This document shows, piece by piece, positions 13,707 through 23,967 of a stretch of DNA of 32,109 nt (its first letter is position 1; every line of letters starts with the position of its first letter). Below the pieces are notes generated by a model that had not been told where the DNA came from, did not search any database, and saw only the letters and a list, made by a program, of their open reading frames with translations. A program made the position numbers and the translations under genes. This stretch comes from Catajapyx aquilonaris (taxonomy: Eukaryota): the NCBI GenBank assembly GCA_000934665.2, contig JYFJ02001036.1, positions 62,001 through 94,109 on the forward strand, given 5' to 3'.

Positions 13707-15000
13707 GGTCTTCCCGCCCCGGGGGCCTTCCTGCCCCTGGGGGGGACAAGCTAGGGCAGCCCGTTAGGGGAGCGCCTGGTGGGGTGGTTTGGTGGTTGCT
13801 CAGGGAGGGTTCACAACCCTTGCACAGGTGAGCCTGGTGGGTAGCAACTAGGCGAGCAACCCAGGCCCAGGGCAGGAGCAGGGACGGCGGCGGCTCTTGT
13901 CGTGGTGGCCGCCCCGGCACTGGCGCTGCTGCAGCGGTGGCAGGCGACGCACCTCACTACTGCCACGGCGCACGGAGCGGGTCACGCACTGCTGCATCGT
14001 CGTACACCGCCCCCCCCGAAACACACTACTTACTCCACGCTTTTGTCAGTTACGTCCCTTCCCAGGCGCACTGCATGTGCTCCATCCTAGTTGCGAGCGA
14101 CTGACTGACTGACCGACCGACACACTATTTAAAAAATCAAAAGAGGGGAGGGTGGTGGGAGGTTAACACCACGAAGAACACAAGTGACACACATACAATA
14201 CACCAAACACTTTTTTAAAGAGGGTGGTGGAGTGCCCAGGTGTGGAGGCCCCACCCGATCCGCGTTTCCCTCAATTCCGAGGTGGTGGGGTCAACTCTGG
14301 GTTGGGTGAAGGAAGAAGGGGGTACCCGGTGTCGAATACTTTTTTTTTTTAAACACCCCCCGCCCGGTACGGTCCAAAAATTTCGGTGGGGGAGTAGGAA
14401 CAGAGGGGTGAGTGTGGTCGAGGAAGGGGGGGCTGGAGAATGGGGATGGAGGCGTGTGAATGTGTCGGCTGGAAGGAAAAGGTTTCCCTCTGGAATCCCC
14501 CTGGTCTGGCTGGAGTGGGTTACTAGGGAACCACAGGGGGGCAAGGAGATGATGAAGGGGTTGGGGTGGGGTTGGGGTGACGGGAGGGGGAGTGGGGTTT
14601 CGGGGTGTTACCTCCGCCGCCTCCCTCCGACCGTCGCTTCTCCCACACTGACTGACTACTACTAGTACTGCAGCTGCTGCTGGACTTGCGCCGCCGCCGC
14701 CGTCGCTGCTGCTGCTGCATCCATCCCGGGATCCGGGGACGACCGGCGAGACATCTGCACCCACAATGCAACGCGACAGTCGGTTTCCGCCGCCGCTGCT
14801 GCTGCTGCCACCGACCGACCCACCGACATCGACAGGGGAACACTACGCGCATCCACCGCCACCTGCCGGACGGTGGAGGAGCAGCCTTTGACAGAGAAAG
14901 AAACGGCGCGCCACATACGAATCAACAGAGAGGCACTTGGTTGGGAAAATCTTTGTGGCCAGGTTGAAAAAGATTGCTTTATCGACACATGAAAATGGTT
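13707..15000 (-). promoter_or_regulatory. GC/CpG-rich 5' UTR and promoter region of the DGK-like gene, with a predicted 5'-UTR intron at 14125-14611
   Basis: High GC and CpG content, CAG/CGG repeats and TCAGT Inr-like runs on the minus strand. Minus-strand donor GAG|GTAACA at 14611 and a pyrimidine tract plus TAG acceptor at 14125. Confidence 0.55.
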
Positions 15001-15282
15001 TACCACACCTCAGCGCCAGTGAGAATTTTCTTCCCTTTTTGGCACATTACACCTGTAAGGACCAACGTGGCCACTTTTAGTGGCAGCAACTGACCACCTC
15101 TGGAAATACACAGGGTTGAATGAGAGCATTTGCATGTGCCCACTGCAGTGGGGAGGGTAGGCTTCTCTGGCCCCAAAGTGGCTACTTTTGAATATAATGT
15201 ATTTTTAGATATTTGGATATAAGTTATGTATTTTTGAATTTTAATTGGATATTTGGATACTTATTTAGATATCTATTGAAGA

Positions 15283-15791
15283 AAATAGGCATCAGTGAAA
15301 GAGGAAGGACAATTATCCGACTTGTGTACGGGCCTCACCAGTGTCACCACCCTTACAAATATTGCTTTAAGGAGGGCTCTGAGGCAGAAGGTGATGAAAC
15401 TGAATGGGGATTATTACCAACTGACCAATACAGGGCATATGCAGGCCATGGACCATCGGGACCGCTTCAAGGTGGAGGGATAGGTAATGTGCAGAAGAGA
15501 CATTCTGATAATTAGGAGCGATAGCAGGCTATCACCCCTAATTATCAGAATGTCTCGTTCTGCACATTACCTATCCCTCCACCTCGAAGCGGTCCCTGCC
15601 CTGCGTATGCCCTGCTTTGGTCAGCTGGTAATAATCCCCATTCAGTTTCATCGCCCTAGTTCATCGCCTTCTGCCTCTGAGCCCTCCTTAAAGCCATATT
15701 TGCTTCCGTCATGTTGAAAAGCTTGTTGTATGGGTTGTGAGCCCCATTCACGAGTCGGATGATTGTCCTTCCTCTTCACGAATGTCTATTT
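15283..15791. repeat. Approximately 500 bp foldback palindrome (probable MITE or foldback element)
   Basis: Inverted arms centred on GATAGC-AG-GCTATC (15520-15533). The inner arms, 15458-15525 and 15528-15596, differ at only about 4 positions. Outer ends AAATAGGCATCAGTGAAAGAGGAAGG and CCTTCCTCTTCACGAATGTCTATTT. TA at 15286-15287 and 15787-15788 may be the TSD. Confidence 0.9.
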
Positions 15792-15880
15792 AATTTAATC
15801 CATGGACTGAAACTCCCCCTTCCTGCTGCAGGAGAGCTTCCATAATGAGACCTCTATATGGCACTTGATACACTAGCGTG

Positions 15881-16099
15881 CAGTGGCGGATCTAAGGGGG
15901 GGGTGATCGGGGTGATCACCCCCCCCCCAAGCTGAAGCAAGAAACAAAAAAATGGCCATTTCGCAATCCGATGTGCTTACAGAGTGTAAAAAATTTTCGC
16001 CTGCAGCGGGCTTTTTTGGGTTTTTTCTTTATTGGGGGGGGGGGGGGGGGGNCGGCGACAAATCACCCCCCCCAACAACGACGTCTAGATCCGCCACTG
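15881..16099. mobile_element. hAT-type MITE
   Basis: Perfect 14 bp TIR CAGTGGCGGATCTA/TAGATCCGCCACTG and perfect 8 bp TSD CTAGCGTG (15873-15880 and 16100-16107). Subterminal G/C hairpins. Confidence 0.9.
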
Positions 16100-18060
16100 C
16101 TAGCGTGTTGGTGCTGCTGTTGGTGCTTAGCTGGGTGCCAAACAGGGAGTGAAGAATTCCCGTTTTGCTTGTCACACCTTGGCTTGTAAAACCCAAAGGT
16201 AAAACCTTTTCTCTATTTAAATTGTTCAAACCTCTGCAACCAAACATCAAGGCAATGCTGCCAACAGCTGCGTAGCAAAGTTCTCAAGTTAGGGGGAGCG
16301 AGCACATTTAAAGCATACAACTATAGAGATCTCCTACCTCATTGTGACTATCACATACAAGAGCGCCCTTGCAGAGGTATACAGTGCATGTTATTGAAGG
16401 GCACATACTGGACATTGGGCCAAGTGCTCATTACTAATGACTACAACAAGTAATTCGATTCCTAAACTCAGCACTCTCAGTGACTTCACTTACTTGTTAG
16501 TTATGGAAATGTAACAGTTCATCAAGATAAACATGTATTTTTTGGCCAGCCGAATTTAAGCAAAGGGTTTTTTTTTTAAATTACCTCGGCAATAGTGATG
16601 ATTTCATCCATCATGAACATCTCTCAGAAGTTACCCAAAAATATGGATTGAATGATCCTAATGTCACTCAAGTTTTGGTTCACTGCCTGTTTTGAATGTA
16701 TTCTAAAGGACACCATGACATTTAGCCTGCGACCCAGATTTCAGTCATTGTATCTCGAGTGCAAACTCCTAGAGAGGGAGGTTATTGGAGTATCCAAGGA
16801 CAACACAAAAGATACACTTCAATCATCACTATGTGACTTTATTAAATTAATTTATTATAAATAGATAATGCCACAAGCCATAAGCATTGTGATGAATAAC
16901 TCTTGTTCAAAACAAGCCATTTTCATTATTACCAAGGGACTCAAGTTAATATACGCTTGCATGATCAGGAATGACTCAATATCACTCACAGCCTGGAAAG
17001 CCAGTGAATAATAATGCATTAAAAAAAATTACTTGACTAGAAAACTACCAAAGGAAGTCAAGCGCAACCTATTTGGCACATCAAACAACAAAACTGAAGA
17101 AACACATTTAAGAACACTTGGTCTACCTACGATAGATTCCAAACATTGGAGGTGGGAGACAAGAAGAAGATCAAGAAATATTTCGTTCTAATAAATTGTG
17201 GTGCTCTAGCAATAACTTGAGTGGCATAAATTTCTTTCATCACCATACATTATTTCCCTTCTTTTAGCTTTCAAGTGACAGATGTCTAAACATGCAAGAA
17301 AATAGAAATATTCCATTACAATCTGTTGAAATCTGTCTAAACGTTATACTTTTCATCAACTCAGCACCAATGGAAACTACAAAGCTATCACATCCAACAA
17401 ATGAAAGGAGACAATATTGTGACCCACTACTCAACTATATGCTTTTTAAATGTGTAGGTCCCATTTCTTTCAATCTATGTAAGTGCTTAATCCTGTCAGT
17501 CTTGGTGCTACTTTTTTGTTTTAATTCCTCTCACCAACATTACACAATATTCATCACTTACTCAACTGCTTCTTAAAGAGTTAAATTTATGCTTATCACC
17601 ATGTGAGCATCTCAGTTACACACACTCATATCTCAGAATGTGACTACATTACATGAGGAAAAGTATTGCCTCCTCCACCCCCACAAGGGCAAAGTACAGT
17701 CAGGTGATTCACAATACAACCACATTTTCTGCAGCAAATGTGAACATATTAAAAGCATGTTATAAAATTTACATACAATGTACCATGTGGAACAACAATA
17801 AGATATGGTCTGCATCAGTGTAAATGTCGCACACCACTTGCTTCTCAACCAGCTACTCCAACTGGAAAGCAAATGCGTCATGAAATTAAAATTCAACCCA
17901 ACCCACTCCAGCCCTGCCATCCCATACCTTCCTCTCTACACCCCCAGTTAACAAGGTTCCATCAAGAGAGCCATACCTACTGGGTAACCCTTCCAACCAA
18001 CCAACCAAGCCGTCACTAAGAAATGAAAAAAAAATGCATGATTATGTTATCCTGCATTAA

Positions 18061-18332
18061 CCCTGGAACCGTGCCGTGCCTAAAAGTTACGGCAACCATG
18101 CCGTGGGGTCTTTTCGGATCCCATCAATATTTTAATTTTTATTAATTTTTATATCATACTTTTCTATATACAGTCATTCTTTGAACAATGCCTAAAAAGA
18201 TCGCTAATTCAAAATAAACATGCACTTCCTGTTATATACTGTAAAAAAATTTGCAAAAGTTCATTGTAATTATCATTTTAATGCATTTTAATTCCTTGGG
18301 GTCCAAAAAGACCCCACGGCACGGTTCCAGGG
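18061..18332. mobile_element. piggyBac-type MITE
   Basis: TTAA on both sides (18057-18060 and 18333-18336), perfect 18 bp TIR CCCTGGAACCGTGCCGTG, subterminal inverted repeat GCCGTGGGGTCTTTT, AT-rich interior. Confidence 0.9.
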
Positions 18333-18339
18333 TTAAGCA

Positions 18340-18510
18340 GCGTTTACTTGTGAGGGATTTGGTGAGCGGTAACAGCGCTGAGTAAAGAATATTGTTTGAG
18401 GTGAAAGTAACAATCGACGTTCGCCTCAAACAATATTGGTCACACTGGTTACTCAGAGATGTTACCGCTCGGCGAAGACTTCACTCATCAACCTCATAAT
18501 ATGTAAACGC
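18340..18510. repeat. Approximately 170 bp interrupted inverted repeat (multi-stem hairpin)
   Basis: Nested complementary pairs: GCGTTTAC/GTAAACGC, TGAGG/CCTCA, GAGCGGTAACA/TGTTACCGCTC, CTGAGTAA/TTACTCAG and AATATTGTTTGAGGTGAA/TTCGCCTCAAACAATATT. Confidence 0.8.
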
Positions 18511-19605
18511 AGAGTTAGTGTACAAGCCTAGTCCAATTATCATCAAGGTGGCCAGCTGATATGCGAGAGGTATGCAATATTTACACAAATACAGATGTGA
18601 GCTTCTTTTGTTCCACATGGACTAAACCAAGATTTGTTGAAAAAGGCAAAACCCAATGCTGCTGTGCAGTGTCAGGTGCAACTTCGGGAGACAAGTGAAT
18701 TTTCTATAACATAAATGTCTTGTCTTTACTGCTTGACAAACGTACAGTGCCTGTTGGCAGGAGGAGCTCTGGCACATTGGAAGCATTTCATTCACTGGAA
18801 CCACTAGATGCCACGGACACATCCTCCCTCAGACCCACGCTCTTGAAATTAGGGTAGTAATACCTGTTATGACCACCACCCAGTTTTTGTCACTTTGCTT
18901 ATTAAATTTAGTGACCAAAGTGGCCATAACCATACTGTGCCATATTCAATTTCTCTCCCAATCACATATGAATGTGGAGTTACCACAAAGAATCCAATAC
19001 CTTCCACCAAGCACTATAAAACTGTCACATGATAGATTGCTAAGCCATGAGTTATCATGGACACACTCTTCTCTCCCCTTACTGAAGCCAAAACTGTCAG
19101 TTTTGGCAATATTGACTGAAGCCCGGTAAGCCCTCCAGCATATGTTTTGGTTTTCCATCACATTAGTTTGCAATAAAGTATGGTAGAGCAAAATACATAT
19201 AAATGCCTGCAGATGTAAGTAATGATTAACCCGAAGATTAACCGGAGTGTAATTCAGAGCTGTTGTTGGTCTTACTAGATTAAGCTTGAGGGGCAGTCCA
19301 TATAACATATCCAGAGATGTGCAGTAGCATAGAAAATGAAAATGTCACAATACAGTTGCATACCGCAGCACTATTCTTTTAACACTCTCACCACTACCTT
19401 TCTTGTATGAAGAAATGAATAAGGCATAAATTTTGTGCACAGCTATAACATAAAATTGAAACTGACACCAGAAAATGGGCAGGTTTGTAAATCACCCTAT
19501 ATTTTAATTGCATCAATAAATATTATTCTTCCTCACTCCATTCACTATACTAGGTAATTCTCCCCACTGAACACACCAACCCTCTCCTACACTCCTTCTC
19601 AGAAA

Positions 19606-19879
19606 CTAGACGAGTTCAGCTTGTACAACTACATGCTCCTGCCTCCAGCTGTCTCTAGGGTCCCAGCAACTGCGCCGACAGGTGTACACCAGAACTGTTC
19701 CAAACTCGAGAAAGATGCCCTCTTGGTTGCGCAGCTTCAGCTTTCCCACAAGTGAAGGCACCACCTGCATCTCAAAGGTAGTCTCACCACCACAGTAGGT
19801 GCATCGTGGTATTGCCTCCCGAAGTGGATACAACAAGAGAGGCAAACTACTCATACCTCCTCGTTCATCTCTGCAATAT
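19606..19879 (-). CDS. PDCD2L: PDCD2-like protein (Trus), coding exon 5 (last), PDCD2_C domain
   Basis: CAG acceptor, phase 2. Encodes YCR...IPRCTYCGGETTFEMQVVPSL...LEFGTVLVYTCRRSCW...EHVVVQAELV*, typical of the PDCD2_C domain. Confidence 0.92.
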
Positions 19880-20537
19880 CTGAGGGTATGAATCACAATT
19901 CAGGGGTTTTGTGAGCTGGTATTCACAATGCATTACTAAAATAAATTTAGTTCGTCACGACATTTTGCAGTCTTTGAATCTTTAATGGATGTAAGCATGT
20001 ATTCAATCATTTATCTGCAATGCCAATAGCTAAAACTGGTAATTTCCACATGTTAAGGACTGAAGCAAAGTTGCAACTTGGAGCCTCAATGAATGCTTAG
20101 GCTCAACCTATTTTTGGAAGCTAATAATATTTTTGATAGCCCCTTAAACTGCTGATTAAGTACAGTAGGCACAAGCTAACCTAAGGTTAAAGAAGTTGTG
20201 TTCAGCAACGTCTGCCCACCTCTCTGCCAAGTTCTTTTTTTTGTTGTTTTTTTTTGTATGGGAATTTAGAACATTTGGTGGGAAAATATTTCCCCCCTAT
20301 GTGTACACTACTGGACTACCAACTGCATTAGTGTAAACAAACTCATCTCATTCTTGAGGTTTTAGAACATAACGCCCATCTCCTTTAAAAATAAGTAAAA
20401 AAAGCCAAGAGCTTAGTTCAAAAAATTGCCAACTGAAATGGGCCGGTCAATTGGAACGCACTATAAACAAATCCACGTAAGAAAACACTTGGTTTCTCAC
20501 ACAACAACTATTTCAAGCAAGTGAGCTCTAGCCTCTA

Positions 20538-20624
20538 CAATAACAACAACAACATCACAACATTTCCTTATGGGGGGTAGTCAGCGATGAAGGGAGACGC
20601 AAGCTAACCCAACATATGAACTAA
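20538..20624. repeat. Dispersed repeat fragment, copy 2
   Basis: (CAA)n run followed by AGCGATGAAGGGAGACGCAAGCTAACCCAACATATGAACTAA, similar to 1981-2021. Confidence 0.5.
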
Positions 20625-20732
20625 TAAAACTCATGAGAATAAACCTAAAAACAACCTGTCCCACCCCCCACCCCTGCCCACCTCAGACATCACCTTATCC
20701 TCTAATATACAAAAATGCCTTCAAGGCCTTAC

Positions 20733-21272
20733 CTGAGAATCTGTCCCGGGTTGAGCTGGATCCTAGTGAGGAACTTGTGAAACATCAAGTCTGCATGTGC
20801 TGGGAGACTTTTCTCATACCGCTCTGTGGCACCCCCTCCACCATCCTCCCCACCCTTCTCCCTCCTATCTCCCGCAACGTCCGCCCCACAGTCTCCAGCT
20901 CCTCCTCCAATCCTCCCTGACGCTCCTTCTTGCCTCTGGTAATCCAGCAGTAACTGTTTCTCATGCTCAGTAAGGCCTGAATCTCCCTTGGATTCCTCAT
21001 ACACAGCAACAAAGTGTGGTTCAAATACAGGATCTGTATTTTGGGGCACAGTGGAAGCTTGCTGGAACAATTGGGTGATGTCTGTATCTGCCTTGATAGG
21101 GGTGTCGATAGCAATCATATCGCTCTCTGTTTCATCTGCTTCAATCTCAGCCACAGCCACTGGGGAATGGAGTACACCTGCAGCACCACCAATGTTGGCA
21201 TTAGGGTCTTCTATGCTGATACTCTGGATGCCTACTACCAAGTTTGCATTGCCTTGGTTGTGCCATGGGGAA
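20733..21272 (-). CDS. PDCD2L: PDCD2-like protein, coding exon 4
   Basis: TTTTCTAG acceptor and AG|GTAAGG donor, phase 2/2, 540 bp. Contains FEPHFVAVYEE and ERYEKSLPAHADLMFHKFLTRIQLNPGQILR motifs. Confidence 0.9.
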
Positions 21273-21911
21273 CTAGAAAAAAAAGGCATGAAAAGAAAAG
21301 TTACAACCTCATAACAACCGTTTTAATAGGAAAAAAAAGAAGGTATGTATTGATGGTATACTATAAAAGGAAAAAGGATATGGAGGATATGGGATCACCT
21401 GGATCATGCTACTTGACATCATTGTGGTAGAGATAGTGGTGGAGAGGATAGATGAAAGGACCTCTTCATTTATCAGCAATTATTATTGGTTGTGGTTCAT
21501 GTGTTCTCATGCTATCTTTTTCCGACCTTTGTGAGTGTCAAATCTTGCAGCCGGCCAACACTAAATCTGTCACATGATGGAATAAACTTTTATAATCCAA
21601 GAATTAATCTGTGTTAATGTGGAGCATTTTCAAGTACCCATGCATTACTTCAACGATGCATAATTAGATCCTGCTACTTTCACCCATTATATTACCTGCC
21701 CCACCCTAAAGCATAATAAAAAAATAACAGGCCAAGCCCAGCACTGACAATCCTATAGTGCGACATATGCAGCCATTAAAATCTTCCAGTTAAGAATCAT
21801 TCTTTCATGTTGATATTGTACCCATCAACCACAAGGTTTCAGCAGTTGAAGCATAATCAACTATCCACCAGAAGTCAAAAATTTCTTACTGTTTTATGAA
21901 GAGTGACTAAC

Positions 21912-22295
21912 CCAGGTGTGCTGCTCCCACTGTAGTTCCCCTGATGATCATCATCCTGGGACAGGGCTGATAAGTCCACCACATTTCCCAAGGCAACATC
22001 AGGGTCAATATCATTATCATCCTGCACAAGCTCAGATGTGTTGATGCACCTTCTTCTCTGCCTTCCACCTATCAGGTTCCCATTCTTCTCTTCCCCTGTC
22101 ATCCTATCGGCATCACCCCTCCCTCCATCATCATCAGGATCATCATCTTCATCTCCTTCCCTGTCATCTCCTCCCCCCCAATCATCAGCAGTGTCCACCC
22201 AGTCAGTACTCTTGTAAGTCTTTTTAGGCGATGACTTGTAGATAGATGCAGCTTCATTCCTTTCCACTACCAACTGGCTTCTAATGCAGGTCCAG
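21912..22295 (-). CDS. PDCD2L: PDCD2-like protein, coding exon 3
   Basis: TTTTTAG acceptor; encodes SWTCIRSQ...DWVDTADDWG and an acidic region. The GG|GTTAGT donor gives the phase 2 that exon 4 requires (384 bp). Confidence 0.85.
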
Positions 22296-22847
22296 CTAAA
22301 AATTAGTCAGCAGTGAAGCATAACTATAAATGTGAAGATGATACAGATAATTGCATTTAAATACCAATATCATTCATTTGATATTATAAACATTCCTTGA
22401 AGAATAAGAAAATGCAATTGAATTGACAGTTGCTGCTTAATTTTCACTTATACAAATAAACAGAGATCTGATTTCTAGGTTTTTACCTACTTTTTATTCT
22501 GTAGGCAGAACACCGGAATAAAAATATCTATGTTTCATAACACAAGGACCTCAAAAATTGTAGTTTTATAGAACCTAAAACTGCCTATTTTGGACGTTGG
22601 AACTTAAATGGCCTATTAGTGCCTATTTTCTCCTATTTCCCTCTTTTTGACACCATTTTGTAAGATTTTCGAGAGTTCTGAGGGTTTTCCATTCAAGGAA
22701 TCCCTCCCACTTCCGCATCTGTGAAGGGCATGCCAGATGACCTGGCTGTACAAGGCATTTCACTTTTTAAGTATGACCCGGTTGCTTTGCCACTGCATCC
22801 CACAGTAAAAACAACTGGTAATCACTAATGGCACTCAGGCATTAATA

Positions 22848-23436
22848 TGAGGGGTGTTCGGAAAGTATTTGGCCCTGTATTTGTGGCAAAAAAATATAGT
22901 GTAACGCTTTATTTTTTTGCCACAAATACAGGGCGGCCCATGCAGGTCGGCTGATAGGCATACATTATTGATAGAACACTCCTGGAGCCGAATGCACTGG
23001 CATCATAGGTATGTCAGTCTCTCTAGGCCCTCCAGGAACCGAGTTTTGGAGGTGCAGGTGCACCCACTCCCGGACAACTCCTGTTCCTGTTCAGCAATGT
23101 CCTCAAAATGGCATCGGCGAGGAGGTTTTTTCATGGATCCAAATAGGTGAAAGTCACTGGGGGCCAAGCTGGGTGAGTACAGCGGGTGTGGAAGCACCCA
23201 ATGCCGTATCCAAGAAAAAAAACCTTTGCCAACTCCATTGCTGACAGTTGTTGTCTGTGAGCAGTCGTTCAGGGACGGGTGTGCTGCACCACAAAAGTGG
23301 TTCCTGGAGGGCCTGGAGAGGTTTACTTCTGTGCATTAGGCTCCAGGAGGGTTCTATCGATAATGAGTGCCTATCTGCTGACCTACATGGGCCGTGGCAA
23401 AAAAATAAAGAGTCACGACGTTCCGAGCGCCCCTCG
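22848..23436. mobile_element. mariner-derived non-autonomous element with a transposase C-terminal remnant, in PDCD2L intron 2
   Basis: TA flanks (22846-22847 and 23437-23438); ends TGAGGGGTGTTCGGAA and TTCCGAGCGCCCCTCG. Minus-strand peptide LPHPLYSPSLAPSDFHLFGSMKK (ORF 23003-23197) matches the mariner HPPYSPDLAPSD motif. Confidence 0.9.
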
Positions 23437-23803
23437 TATAACCTGAATAGTCTCATACTTTAATGACACCTGCTTGAAAGGTCACTGAACAAACACCCAT
23501 GACTAAAAATCTAACATGCTTCATTCAGCTCTTTTCAAGTTCCAAACAAGATATTTTTTCCTTACAGGAAGTGTGGGGGACAGGCAATTTACCCCCCATA
23601 GAAAAAGCCTGCCTACTGAGACTGAGGTCAGGGAGTACCGGTACTGAACTTGTCAATGAAATGAATGCAGCCAATTGTCCTTATACTAATTATTGGTCAA
23701 GTGCAACCTGACAAGATTTGTTTCACTTAGCTCGCTGCTCCCACCCCTTAGTGTTAATGAGTAGCACTTAGCTCTACTCCTACTCAATGCTAGTGAAATT
23801 TAC

Positions 23804-23967
23804 CTCTCACTCTTGTTCCAGCAGTCAGGAGTCACACAGCCAAATAAGTAGAGTGTCCTGTGGATAAAGGAAGGGCCATCTGGTGGTGCATAAATTTGAA
23901 CAATCAGTGGCAGGGTGCGTCCACAGAGACGGCAGTGAGGGTTGGGAACTCCAGACTGCGGCCAATC
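23804..23967 (-). CDS. PDCD2L: PDCD2-like protein, coding exon 2
   Basis: TTTTTCAG acceptor and AG|GTAAAT donor. Encodes DWPQSGVPNPHCRLCGRTLPLIVQIYAPPDGPSFIHRTLYLFGCVTPDCWNKSE, the PDCD2-family N-terminal motif. Confidence 0.92.

Noticed and set aside
13370..15006. Many overlapping ORFs on both strands
   Set aside because: Expected in GC-rich, stop-poor promoter/UTR DNA; only the C1-encoding frame is supported.
22440..22645. Possible decayed transposon end with repeated GCCTATT words
   Set aside because: No matching second terminus or TSD could be identified.
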